A DNA stretch of 64,000 bases from Gemmatimonadales bacterium (lineage in GTDB: Bacteria; Gemmatimonadota; Gemmatimonadetes; Gemmatimonadales; GWC2-71-9). Of the stretch, positions 29,008 to 39,202 are shown piece after piece. Position 1 is the stretch's first letter. Each line of letters starts with the position of its first letter. The notes under the pieces are model-generated. The model was not told where the DNA came from, searched no databases, and saw only the letters and a program-made list of their open reading frames with translations. A program made the translations under genes and the position numbers. The stretch covers positions 250 to 64,249 of the forward strand of contig JBFXAS010000004.1 of NCBI GenBank assembly GCA_050184075.1, given 5' to 3'.

Positions 29008-29547
29008 GTGAAGCCTGACCCACTCGTGGCTCGCATCCGCGCCGGAGACAGAAGCGCTGAACGCGAGCTGTACGACCAGAACGTGGATCGAGTCTTTCGC
29101 CTGGCCTTCCGACTGGCCGGCGATTCCGATCTCGCGGCGGACTACACCCAGGACACCTTCATCCGGGTGTACGACAAGCTCCACACGTTCCGGGGTGAGG
29201 CCGCCCTCTCCACCTGGATCACGAGCATCGCCTACTCGGTGGTGTTCAACGGCCTGCGAAAGCGGCGCCGGACCGATTCGAGAGAGGTCGAGTTGACCGA
29301 GATGACCGAGCAACCAACCCTGCACACCGCCGAGCCGGACCTGAAGGCGAGGCTCGACCAGGCCGTGGCCGCCCTTCCGGACGGATATCGATCGGTCTTC
29401 ATCCTCCACGATGTGGAGGGATACAAGCACGAGGAGATCGGCCGCATCCTCGGCATCCAGGAAGGGACCTCCAAAGCCCAGCTCTCGCGGGCTCGGGCCA
29501 AGCTGCGAATCGCCCTGGCGCCGTTCGCCAAGGAGTGGATGCCATGA
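29008..29547 (+). CDS. ECF RNA polymerase sigma factor, 'ECF2'
   Basis: GDRSAERELY, DYTQDTFI, FRGEAALSTWITSIA, LPDGYRSVFILHDVEGYKHEEIG..LGI.EGTSKAQLSRAR. GGAG RBS before GTG. Confidence 0.93.
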   Translation: MKPDPLVARIRAGDRSAERELYDQNVDRVFRLAFRLAGDSDLAADYTQDTFIRVYDKLHTFRGEAALSTWITSIAYSVVFNGLRKRRRTDSREVELTEMTEQPTLHTAEPDLKARLDQAVAALPDGYRSVFILHDVEGYKHEEIGRILGIQEGTSKAQLSRARAKLRIALAPFAKEWMP

Positions 29548-30170
29548 ACGACGATCGGTTCGACGAGGTCCTCCAAGAGGCCGCGCGAGAGTACCGCCGG
29601 CCACCGGCGACCCCACGGGAAGAGATCTGGGCCCGGATCGAAGCCAGTCGAGCCCAGCGCACCGCGCGGCCGGCGCAGGTCCTCGAGTTGCCCCGCCGGC
29701 CCGCCTGGGAACGAATCCGTGGGCCCATCCTGATTGCCGCCGTGCTCGTCTTGGGGATTGCGCTCGGCCGACTCGCGCCTCGCGCGGCGGAGGCGCCCGG
29801 TCAACCGGTCACGGCCGCGGCCGAGCCGCCTGCGGAGGCGGGCACGCCGCTCGCGACCCGGGTCGCGGCCGTCCAGCACCTGAGCCGGGTCGAAGCCTGG
29901 CTGGTCGACTTCGACTCCCGTCCGGCCGACGCCGAGTTGATCGCGGCGGCCCGGGTGCTTCTGATCGACACCCGGCTCTGGGTCGACGCCAACCGGCTGC
30001 AGGATCCGAGACTCAAGTCGCTGCTCGAAGACCTCGAGCTGATCCTCACGCAGATCGTCGAGCTCCGGCCCAACGACCTCGAGGATCGCTCCCTGATTCG
30101 AGACGGATTGGCCGAGCGGCAGATCCGCCCCCGGCTCCAGAACGCCGTGCCCGTCGGGCCGACGGCGTGA
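29544..30170 (+). CDS. Putative single-pass anti-sigma factor
   Basis: ATGA overlap with ECF2; P..EIWARI N-terminal motif, one TM, helical periplasmic part (LLEDLELILTQI). Confidence 0.7.
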   Translation: MNDDRFDEVLQEAAREYRRPPATPREEIWARIEASRAQRTARPAQVLELPRRPAWERIRGPILIAAVLVLGIALGRLAPRAAEAPGQPVTAAAEPPAEAGTPLATRVAAVQHLSRVEAWLVDFDSRPADAELIAAARVLLIDTRLWVDANRLQDPRLKSLLEDLELILTQIVELRPNDLEDRSLIRDGLAERQIRPRLQNAVPVGPTA

Positions 30171-30196
30171 ATCGCATAGCAAGGAGGAATGACTCC

Positions 30197-31792
30197 ATGA
30201 CCATAAATCGTCGCTCACTCGTCCTGGTGGCCCTGTTGGTTGCGCCACCGTCCATCGCCGCGGCGCAGCGGAGCGCCGACCTGGCCAGCGCCGAGGCGGA
30301 AGCGGGACTCGCGATCGCCCGGCTCTCGCAAACGGCGGCGGCGCTCTCGAGCTCCGTGGCCGCCCTGGGCGCGCGCAGCGGGACCCTGGGCGCGCGGCTC
30401 CGGGACTTGGAGCTGCTCGCCGCGACCAGGGCCTGGTCTTTCGACCGGCTGGAGACCGTTCCGCCTCCCGCGAGTGGCCTCCAGGATCCGGCGGACTCGA
30501 CCTACCGCGAAGCCCGCACGATGCTCAATCGGGGGAACTACACCCGCGCGGCCTACCTCTTCGAGCAGATCGGCGAGCGCTATCCCCGGTCTTCCTACGC
30601 GGCCGACTCGTACTATTGGGGCGCCTACGCGCTCTCGCGGGCAGGCTCGGAGTCGAGCCTGAACCGGGCGCTCCGGCTGCTCGAAGCCCAGCAGGACCGT
30701 TTCCCCAACGCCTCCACCCGGCGGAGCGCCGACGAGCTCTCTCAGCGGATCCGGGGCGAGCTGGCCCGCCAGGGAGACGCGGAGGCAGCTCGATCGATTC
30801 GCGAGCGGGCCGAAGAGCTGGCCGAGAGCCGACGCGACCGTGAGGAGGTCGAGCGGGACCGGACGCGGGAAGCACGCGAGAGCGCGCGCTCCAGCCGCCA
30901 GAGCCGGCGATCGGGTTGCGACGAGGACGACGAGCGGATGGCGGCCCTCAATGCGCTGTTGCAGATGGACAGCGATCGCGCCCTGCCGATCCTCGAGCGG
31001 GTAATGGAGAAGCGGGACGCCGAATCTGCCTGTCTCCGTCGCCGGGCCGTCTTCATGGTGTCGCAGCAAAGCGGGCCGCGCGCCGAGCGGATTCTCCTGG
31101 CGGCGGTGCGAAGCGATCCGGATCAGGAGGTGCGGGAGCAGGCCGTCTTCTGGCTCTCGCAGGTGTCCGGCGACGGCGCGGTGACCGCGCTCGACTCGAT
31201 CCTCCGCGCATCCGGCGACCGGACGATCCAGGAGAAGGCGATCTTCGCCCTCTCGCAGCACCAGTCCGAGCGGGCCGCCCGCGCCCTGCGGGACTTTGCC
31301 AGTCGCCGCGACGCGCCCGCGTCACTCCGCGAGAACGCGATCTTCTGGCTCGGCCAGTCGGGAGGCGACAATGCGGAGTTCCTCCGCTCGCTCTATCGCA
31401 CGGTCGACGAGCGGTCGCTCAAGGAGAAGATCATCTTCGCCGTCGCCCAGAACGGACAGAACGACGGCTTCCGCTGGCTGCTCGAGGTGGCCGGCAACAC
31501 CCGCGAGGACACCGAGCTCCGCAAGAAGGCCGTGTTCTGGGCGGCCCAGAGCGGCGCCGACCTGCCCGAGCTGTTCGCGCTCTACGACCGGGCCGGCGAC
31601 CGCGAGCTCAAGGAGCAGCTGATCTTCGCCTACTCGCAGAGCAACAAGCCGGCGGCGGTCGACAAGCTGATCGAGATCGCCCGGCGCGATTCGGACCGGG
31701 AGCTCCGCAAGAAGGCGCTCTTCTGGCTCTCGCAATCGAACGATCCCCGCGTCGTCGAGCTGCTCACCGAGATCCTGGAGAAGCCCCAATGA
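30197..31792 (+). CDS. Secreted TPR + HEAT-repeat protein
   Basis: AGGAGG RBS, signal peptide, BamD/YbgF-like TPR (YPRSSYAADSYYW), eight ~32-aa repeats of R/K-x-x-A-[VI]-F-[WA]-x-x-Q. Confidence 0.8.
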   Translation: MTINRRSLVLVALLVAPPSIAAAQRSADLASAEAEAGLAIARLSQTAAALSSSVAALGARSGTLGARLRDLELLAATRAWSFDRLETVPPPASGLQDPADSTYREARTMLNRGNYTRAAYLFEQIGERYPRSSYAADSYYWGAYALSRAGSESSLNRALRLLEAQQDRFPNASTRRSADELSQRIRGELARQGDAEAARSIRERAEELAESRRDREEVERDRTREARESARSSRQSRRSGCDEDDERMAALNALLQMDSDRALPILERVMEKRDAESACLRRRAVFMVSQQSGPRAERILLAAVRSDPDQEVREQAVFWLSQVSGDGAVTALDSILRASGDRTIQEKAIFALSQHQSERAARALRDFASRRDAPASLRENAIFWLGQSGGDNAEFLRSLYRTVDERSLKEKIIFAVAQNGQNDGFRWLLEVAGNTREDTELRKKAVFWAAQSGADLPELFALYDRAGDRELKEQLIFAYSQSNKPAAVDKLIEIARRDSDRELRKKALFWLSQSNDPRVVELLTEILEKPQ

Positions 31793-32598
31793 TCCGCTCT
31801 CTGCTGTTGACCGGCGGCCTGCTGGCGATCGGCCAGGTCCTCTCGCCCCTCGCCGCTCAGGACCGGGGCCTGTACGATCGGATCCGCTCGGCCCGGGACG
31901 GCGAGCTCCGGCTGGCCTACGCTCCGCGCCCCGACGTCTGTGGCGACGGGGAGACCATGATCCGCTATCGGGATCGCGACTCCTACGTCCGCTACTCGGG
32001 CGACTCCCGCGACGGCTCCGGCCGTCGCTGGGTCCGCCAATGCATCGACGGCCCGGTCCGGGTCTCGCTCACGATCCGCGACGGCGAGGTGCGCCGCGCC
32101 CGGGTGTACGTGGGCGGGGATTGGCGCGATCGCGACGGCGCCACCGACCTCGGGATCGTGAGCGCCCCCGCAGCGAGCAGCGCGCTGCTCCGGCTGGCCC
32201 GAATTCGGGACTTCGGGGGCGCGGACGACGTGATCTTCCCTGCCATGTTGGCCGACAGCGTCACCGTATGGCCGGAGTTGCTCCGGCTCGCCCGAGACCG
32301 CGACGCCGGGCGGAAGGCCCGGAAATCGGCAATCTTCTGGCTCTCGCAGGAGGCCGGGGAGGCCGTGGCCGAGGAGCTCGGCGACTTCGTGAGCGACCGG
32401 GACGAAGATCGGGAGATCCGGGAGCAGGCCGTCTTCGCGCTCTCGCAACTGCCAAAGGATCAAGGGGTTCCAGCCCTGATCCGGGCGGCCAAGACCAATC
32501 CGGATCCGGCCATTCGCAAGAAGGCTCTGTTCTGGCTCGGGCAGTCCGACGACCCCCGGGCCCTGCAGCTCTTCGAAGAAATCCTCACCAAGGGCTGA
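31789..32598 (+). CDS. Secreted HEAT-repeat protein
   Basis: ATGA overlap, signal peptide, N-terminal beta domain with two Cys, three C-terminal repeats matching the upstream protein. Confidence 0.8.
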   Translation: MIRSLLLTGGLLAIGQVLSPLAAQDRGLYDRIRSARDGELRLAYAPRPDVCGDGETMIRYRDRDSYVRYSGDSRDGSGRRWVRQCIDGPVRVSLTIRDGEVRRARVYVGGDWRDRDGATDLGIVSAPAASSALLRLARIRDFGGADDVIFPAMLADSVTVWPELLRLARDRDAGRKARKSAIFWLSQEAGEAVAEELGDFVSDRDEDREIREQAVFALSQLPKDQGVPALIRAAKTNPDPAIRKKALFWLGQSDDPRALQLFEEILTKG

Positions 32599-32604
32599 CC
32601 CTCC

Positions 32605-32630
32605 AAAACCGGGCGGGCCGGGGCTCCGTA
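32605..32630 (+). promoter_or_regulatory. Putative ECF promoter AAAAC-N17-CGTA upstream of S41 protease
   Basis: AAAAC cgggcgggccggggctc CGTA; overlaps a hairpin at 32620-32649. Confidence 0.45.
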
Positions 32631-32800
32631 AGATCCTTACAGGGGCCTCGCCACCCCAGGTCGAAACCCGGTAGCGTTTTAGGGGACCAAGCGTTTAGTT
32701 ATCAAACGGCTCCGCGGGGAAAACGGATGGCGCAATCCCTGCGGGGCCTCTGTCGGGGGCGTCGAGGCGCCCCCGTTTGCACCCTCTTGGAGTGAACGGA

Positions 32801-34381
32801 ATGCGACGACGCCTCGCCTTTGGTCTTCTCACCGCGATCGCGCTGCCACTGGCCGCCGGGGCCTTTCTCCAGCAGTCGCAGGAGCCGCAGAGCGCGGCCA
32901 GGCTCTTTGCCCAGGTCTTGAGGCGGGTCGAGGAGAGTGCGGTCGACTCGCTCGACCGGAGCACCATCTACGAGCGCGCCGCGCGCGGGCTGATCAAGAA
33001 CCTCAACGATCCCTACGCGGATCTGTACTCGCCCGAAGAGCTGGCGAGCTTCCAGCGCAACACCCTCCGCAACAACTATGGTGGCCTCGGGATGCAGATC
33101 GAGAGCCAGGAGGGGACGATCATCGTGGCGCGGGTGTTCCCCAACACGCCGAGCGAGCACGGTGGCGTCATTCCCGGCGACCGGATCATGCAGGTCGACT
33201 CGACGCCCGTGACCGGTCTCAAGCTGGAGGACGTCTCCTCCCGGATGCTGGGCACGCCCGGCACCGAGGTCGACGTCATCTTCCGTCGGGTCGGGGTGCC
33301 CGAGCCGATCAAGGGCCGCTTCAAGCGCGCGGTGATCCGGGTCCCGGCGGTGCCGTACTCGGTCGTGGTGGACGGCGTGGGCTACATCCCGCTCCAGAGC
33401 TTCAACGAGTCGGCCGCAAGCGACGTGGAGAAAGCGCTGGAGTCGCTCCGGGAGCAGGGCGCGAGGGCGTTCATGATCGACGTCCGCGGCAACGGCGGCG
33501 GCAGTCTCGACCAGGCGCTCGAGATCGGCAACCTGTTCCTCCGGCCCGGCGCCGAGATCGCCAGTGTCCGCCATCGGGGCAAGCCGGCCGAGGTATATCG
33601 CGCCAACCGTCCCTCGGTGATCGACTCGATGCCGGTGGTGGTGATGGTCGACGGCTACAGCGCGTCGGCCTCGGAGATCGTCTCCGGGACGCTGCAGGAC
33701 CACGACCGCGCCCTGATCATCGGCACGACTTCCTTCGGCAAGGGCCTGGTGCAGACACTCTTTCCGCTCGACGGCGGATGGGCGATCAAGCTCACCACCG
33801 GGAAGTGGTACACGCCAAGCGGCCGTTCGATCCAGGCCGACCACGAGCGGCTCGGTGACGAGCGGTTCGTCGAGTACGAGAACGAGCCGGGCGACTCCGC
33901 CCGCCGGCGGCCGATTTTCAAGTCGGACGGCGGGCGCCCGATCCTGGGCGGCGGCGGCGTCACCCCGGACGTGCTGGTGAAGCCCGACACGCTCTCCGAC
34001 GGCGAGCGCGATCTCTATCGCGCGGTCGCGCCGCAGCAGTCGGCCTGGTATGTGGCGGTCTACAACACCGCGCTCGAGCTCAAGGGCAAGGTGAAGCCCG
34101 ACTTCACCGTTCAGCCCGCCTGGCGGGAGCTGGTCTGGCAGAAGCTCCAGGAGGCCAAAGTGACCGTCCCCCGGGAGAAGTTCGACGCCGGGGTAAGCCT
34201 GGTCGACCGGGACCTGGAGCGGCGCGTGGCCACGCTGGCCTTCGGCGACTCGGCCTGGTTCAAGCGATCGGTCCGCTACGACAATCAGGTCCAGACCGCG
34301 CTCGAGTACCTCTCGCGCGGGCCGACCCAGCGCAAGCTCCTGGCGCTCGCGCCGCCCCAGTCCGCCAGCGAAGGCGACTGA
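32801..34381 (+). CDS. S41 carboxy-terminal processing protease (CtpA/Prc-like) with PDZ
   Basis: LNDPY, GLGMQI PDZ, IDVRGNGGG, SASASEI (catalytic Ser), FGKGLVQ (Lys), YTPSGRSI. Confidence 0.93.
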   Translation: MRRRLAFGLLTAIALPLAAGAFLQQSQEPQSAARLFAQVLRRVEESAVDSLDRSTIYERAARGLIKNLNDPYADLYSPEELASFQRNTLRNNYGGLGMQIESQEGTIIVARVFPNTPSEHGGVIPGDRIMQVDSTPVTGLKLEDVSSRMLGTPGTEVDVIFRRVGVPEPIKGRFKRAVIRVPAVPYSVVVDGVGYIPLQSFNESAASDVEKALESLREQGARAFMIDVRGNGGGSLDQALEIGNLFLRPGAEIASVRHRGKPAEVYRANRPSVIDSMPVVVMVDGYSASASEIVSGTLQDHDRALIIGTTSFGKGLVQTLFPLDGGWAIKLTTGKWYTPSGRSIQADHERLGDERFVEYENEPGDSARRRPIFKSDGGRPILGGGGVTPDVLVKPDTLSDGERDLYRAVAPQQSAWYVAVYNTALELKGKVKPDFTVQPAWRELVWQKLQEAKVTVPREKFDAGVSLVDRDLERRVATLAFGDSAWFKRSVRYDNQVQTALEYLSRGPTQRKLLALAPPQSASEGD

Positions 34382-34421
34382 GGCCGAACCGCGGGGCGCG
34401 GCACCGAACGCTCGAAGGTCA

Positions 34422-34450
34422 AAGCCCCGCCCGGAAGCCGGACGGGGCTT
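34422..34450 (+). terminator. GC-rich hairpin after S41 protease, possible intrinsic terminator
   Basis: AAGCCCCG-c-CCGG aag CCGG-a-CGGGGCTT; weak U-tract. Confidence 0.55.
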
Positions 34451-34496
34451 CGTCGTCTTCGGGGCCTTCGATAACTCTTGGAACGAGGCAACCCTG

Positions 34497-34961
34497 ATGC
34501 TCGACGGGATCAAGAGCTTCTTCGACCGCCGAATCGCCAGCGCCGAGCCGGCGGCCGAGGACCCCGCCGCCGCGGTCCAGCTGGCAGCGTGCGCGCTGCT
34601 GCTCGAGCTGGCGCACGCCGACGGCGAATTCGGCCCCGAGGAGCGCCAGGCGATCGACGCGGCGGTGCGCCGGCACTTCGGGCTCGACGATTCCACCGCG
34701 GCCGAGTTGGTGCAGCTGGCCGAGTCCGAGCGGCGCCAGGCGGTCGACCAGTTCCAGTTTGCCCGGCTGATCACCGAGCACTACGACCTCGGTCAGCGGA
34801 TGGTGCTGGCGGAAGTGATGTGGGGGGTGATCCTCGCCGACGGCAAGATCGCCGACCACGAGGCGTCGCTGATGCGGAAGCTCGGCCACCTGCTCCAGCT
34901 GCAGCCCGCATACCTGGCCCAGGCCCGCAGCGCGGCGAGCGACGGCAAGCGGGGCGGCTGA
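34497..34961 (+). CDS. TerB family (tellurite-resistance-like) protein
   Basis: AACALLLELAHADG....E and W.VILADG....E duplicated motifs. Confidence 0.88.
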   Translation: MLDGIKSFFDRRIASAEPAAEDPAAAVQLAACALLLELAHADGEFGPEERQAIDAAVRRHFGLDDSTAAELVQLAESERRQAVDQFQFARLITEHYDLGQRMVLAEVMWGVILADGKIADHEASLMRKLGHLLQLQPAYLAQARSAASDGKRGG

Positions 34962-34971
34962 CCGCCCCGAC

Positions 34972-36020
<1,049 letters not shown>

Positions 36021-36024
<4 letters not shown>

Positions 36025-37850
36025 GGCTCTGTGCCTCCTGTGAGGAGTCCATGCCGGACTCGGAGGGCCTTGAGCGACGCCCGCCGATCGAACTCGAGGC
36101 GCTCCTCCGACCTGGTGACGGCCTCGATGACGAGCGAGAGGGTGAGCTCCCGACCCTCCCGGCGCACGACGACGGGCACGGTCTCTCCGATCCGGGAACC
36201 GTAGGTCTGCCGGAACGCGAAGCCGAAGCTCGGGTCGACCTTCACGGTCCCGATCGAGATCAGCTCGTCGCCCGGCAGGATGCCGGCCCGCGCGGCCGCA
36301 GAGCCGGCCGCCACCGTGGCAACCCGCTCGGGGCCGCTGCCTTCGCCCGCCGTCGAGACGCCGATCCGCGGCTCGCGAACCGAGTCGACCTGGTACCGGA
36401 GTCCCGCGAGCGGGGCCACCGTGGACCACGGAAATGGATCGCGGCCGTCGATGTAGCGGCGATAGAACTCCTCGAACGACTGTCCGCCCGCCGCCTCGGA
36501 GACCGCCGCCCACCACTGCTCGTTGGTGAAGCCCCGCCCCTGCTTGTAGGTCTCCCGATAGAGCTTGCGAAGGACGTCGTCGAGCGACTGCCGGTTACCG
36601 CTCGCGTCGCGGATCAGCACGTCGAGCAGCAGCCCGGCGAGGGAGCCCTTCGGATAGTAGATCGTGTGGGTCCCGTCGGTGGGGTGAATCCAGGTCGAGA
36701 GCGAGGCGTCTTCGAGCGCCACCGGCGGCGCCTCGGCGACCTCGGCCATCTTGCCCAGCGTCAGGTTCAGGAAGACGGTCGAGTCGATGATCCCGCCGCG
36801 GAGGAGGGCCAGGTCGGCGTAATAGTCGGTGATGCCCTCGCTCACCCAGAGCAGCGTGGTCGGGAGCTCGCGGTCGTACCGGTAGGGCACCATCTCCGCG
36901 GGGCGGAGCCGCTTGACGTTCCAGGCGTGGAAGATCTCGTGGGCGGTGATCGACGCCAGCAGGGGGTTGCCGACGATCGCCGGGGTGTAGATCCCCACGT
37001 GCGAGTTCTCGTGCTCGAGCGCGCTCCCGCCCGGGAACGACGGATCGAAGATCAACAGCGTGGTGTAGTCGGTCCACGGCGTCTCGGCGAAGACCCGGGA
37101 CATGGGCGGCATCATCTCACCGAGCCATTGCCAGAAGAGCTCACGTGCCGGCCCCACCAGCGCTCCGGCGGGATAGCTCGCGACCCGGTGCCAGGTGCCG
37201 TCCACCTCCGCGCTGTCGAGGTCGAGCTTGCCGATGAAGAAGGGCCGGTCGACCAGCTCGTGATAGCTCGCCGCGCCGTAGCGGCGTGGCCCGGTCGACC
37301 GCATGCCGGTCGCCACCGTCCAGTCGGACTCGGTGCGCACCGTCACGGTGGCCGGCAGGTCGAGCGAGGCGCCTTCCGGGTAGAGAAAGACGTTGGTGCC
37401 GTTGACCAACAGAAAGTCCGGCTTCGACCAGGCCATCGCGTTGTCGAGGCTGTCGGCGAGGAAATGGAAGCGGACCTCGACCGCGCCGGCGGCGGGGAGG
37501 ATCAGCCGCCAGGTATCGGGGTCGGTCTTGTCCCATTGCACCGCCGCGCCGTTCTGGGTGACGGCGAATTCGCTGACGTTGCGGGCGAAGTTGCTGATCT
37601 CGTAGGCGCCCGGCGTCCAGGCCGGGAGCGAGAGGAGCAATCGGCCCGGCGCCGCGGCCTCGAACCGGGTGACGACTTCGAGCGAGCGCCCGGCGCCTTC
37701 GGCGGCGCCGAAGCCGAGCTCGTAGCTCAGGTTGGCGATCGGCGCCTGGCGCCCGGCAGATCCTCGATCGGACGAGGCCGCCCCGAGAAACAGGAAGCCG
37801 GCCAGCGGAACGACGCCGGCCAGCGGCCGAAGAGCGGTGGGTATGGTCAT
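36021..37850 (-). CDS. M61 family glycyl aminopeptidase with PDZ domain
   Basis: LPAWTPGAY, ALEH, HEIFHAWNVKRLRP, LWVSEGITDYY, YYPKG, C-terminal PDZ. Confidence 0.93.
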
Positions 37851-37891
37851 GGAAGGAAAGCTAGCCGACCCGCGCCGGGCCGGTCCAATGC

Positions 37892-39202
37892 TCAGGGCTG
37901 GAGCTCGAGCTCCAGGATGTGAGTCGGCCCGAGGGTCGCTCCGGAGCGGAGCTTGCCCTCGTCGTCGTAGAGCGGCCAGTGGCTGTCGGCCACGTAGTAG
38001 AGGCGGTCGCCGACCAGGGTCCCGATGGTGGGCTCCGAAGCCACCGGCAGATGGCGATCGATCGTCTCCACGGATTCGACCGAGCCCTGGTCGGCGGCGA
38101 GTCGGATCCGGATCACCCGGGGCGGCCCGCCGCCGTTCTGGATTCCGATCAGGGATCCCCGCCACCAGGCCAGGCCGTCGATGCCGAGCGCGCTCGCCCC
38201 CGGTCCGGTCGGCAGGTGCCGCACCGCGCGGGTGCCGGCCTGGACAGCGAAGAGCCCGTGGCTGTAGTCCGCCACGAACAACGTCCTCCCGGTCTCGTCG
38301 AGGGCGGCTCCCTGGAGGGACCGGAACATCCGGTGCTCCAGCCAGGGCTCGATCTCGAGCCTGCCCCCCGAGAGCCTGGCCCGGTAAATGACCGGACTCT
38401 CGCTATCGGTGAGCAGCGCGTCGCCCTCGGCCGTGAGCACCAGGTCGCCCAGCCAGTGCGGGCGCCCGTCGTCGGGCACCGCGGCCCGACCGAGCCAGGC
38501 CCGCTTCGAGAGATCGTAGACCGCCACCCCGCTCCCGCCGGGGGCGCCGGACCGGTAGCGGCCGAACATCGGGAACATCTTGGTGCTGACCCAGAGCAAG
38601 CGCCGCGACCGGTCGACCCGGACGCCGAGCAGCGCGCCGAGCGGGGCGTCCGCCGGCGGGGTGATTTCCACGATGGCCCCCGTTCGATCGATCTTCGCGA
38701 TCGAGCCGTGCCGGACGCTGGTGACGAACCACTCGTCGGCCGACGGATCGACGTCGATCCCCTCGGCGAAGAAGTCCGGCGCCGGGATGGTGAAGGCGAT
38801 TCGGCTCCTGGCCAGCGGCTCGCCGTTAGGCGCCAGTCGGGCGATCGCCCGGGTGATCGCGGGGGCGCCGAGCACGGGCCCGAAGTCCCCGGCCGCCCGG
38901 ACGTCGCGCCAGAAGCCCAACGCGGCCAGTCGCTCCAGCCACTCGGCGGCGGCGGCGGTGTCCGCCACCCGGGCCGAAAGCCCTGCGGCCGCGTAGAGAT
39001 AGGCCGGCTGGGCGGGCCAGACGCTGGCCGCGCGGACCATGCCCTGGCGGGCCCGGGCGAAGTCGCCCGCCCGATAGGCCTCGGCTGCGTCCCGGTAGGC
39101 CTCGCGGGCCAGCGCCGCGAGCGAGTCGGGGGCCTGCGGCGCGGCGGGGACCGCCGCGCCGCAGGCCAGCAACAGCGCGGCGAGGATCCGCCTAGCGCTC
39201 AC
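37892..39202 (-). CDS. Secreted TPR + SMP-30/gluconolactonase-like beta-propeller protein
   Basis: Signal peptide, helical N-terminus, propeller blades (AEGIDVD, GDLVLT..G...LTDS, LQG, IDGL). Confidence 0.7.
   Translation of the reverse strand: MSARRILAALLLACGAAVPAAPQAPDSLAALAREAYRDAAEAYRAGDFARARQGMVRAASVWPAQPAYLYAAAGLSARVADTAAAAEWLERLAALGFWRDVRAAGDFGPVLGAPAITRAIARLAPNGEPLARSRIAFTIPAPDFFAEGIDVDPSADEWFVTSVRHGSIAKIDRTGAIVEITPPADAPLGALLGVRVDRSRRLLWVSTKMFPMFGRYRSGAPGGSGVAVYDLSKRAWLGRAAVPDDGRPHWLGDLVLTAEGDALLTDSESPVIYRARLSGGRLEIEPWLEHRMFRSLQGAALDETGRTLFVADYSHGLFAVQAGTRAVRHLPTGPGASALGIDGLAWWRGSLIGIQNGGGPPRVIRIRLAADQGSVESVETIDRHLPVASEPTIGTLVGDRLYYVADSHWPLYDDEGKLRSGATLGPTHILELELQP

Noticed and set aside
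29411-31792. 793-aa ORF as a single fusion (likewise 59548-62511, 18357-20459, 20740-22473, 8208-9662)
   Set aside because: Each upstream extension overlaps another real gene in a different frame. Internal starts with an RBS or signal peptide explain them better.
32702-34774. 690-aa minus-strand ORF
   Set aside because: Shadow of the S41 protease and TerB genes.
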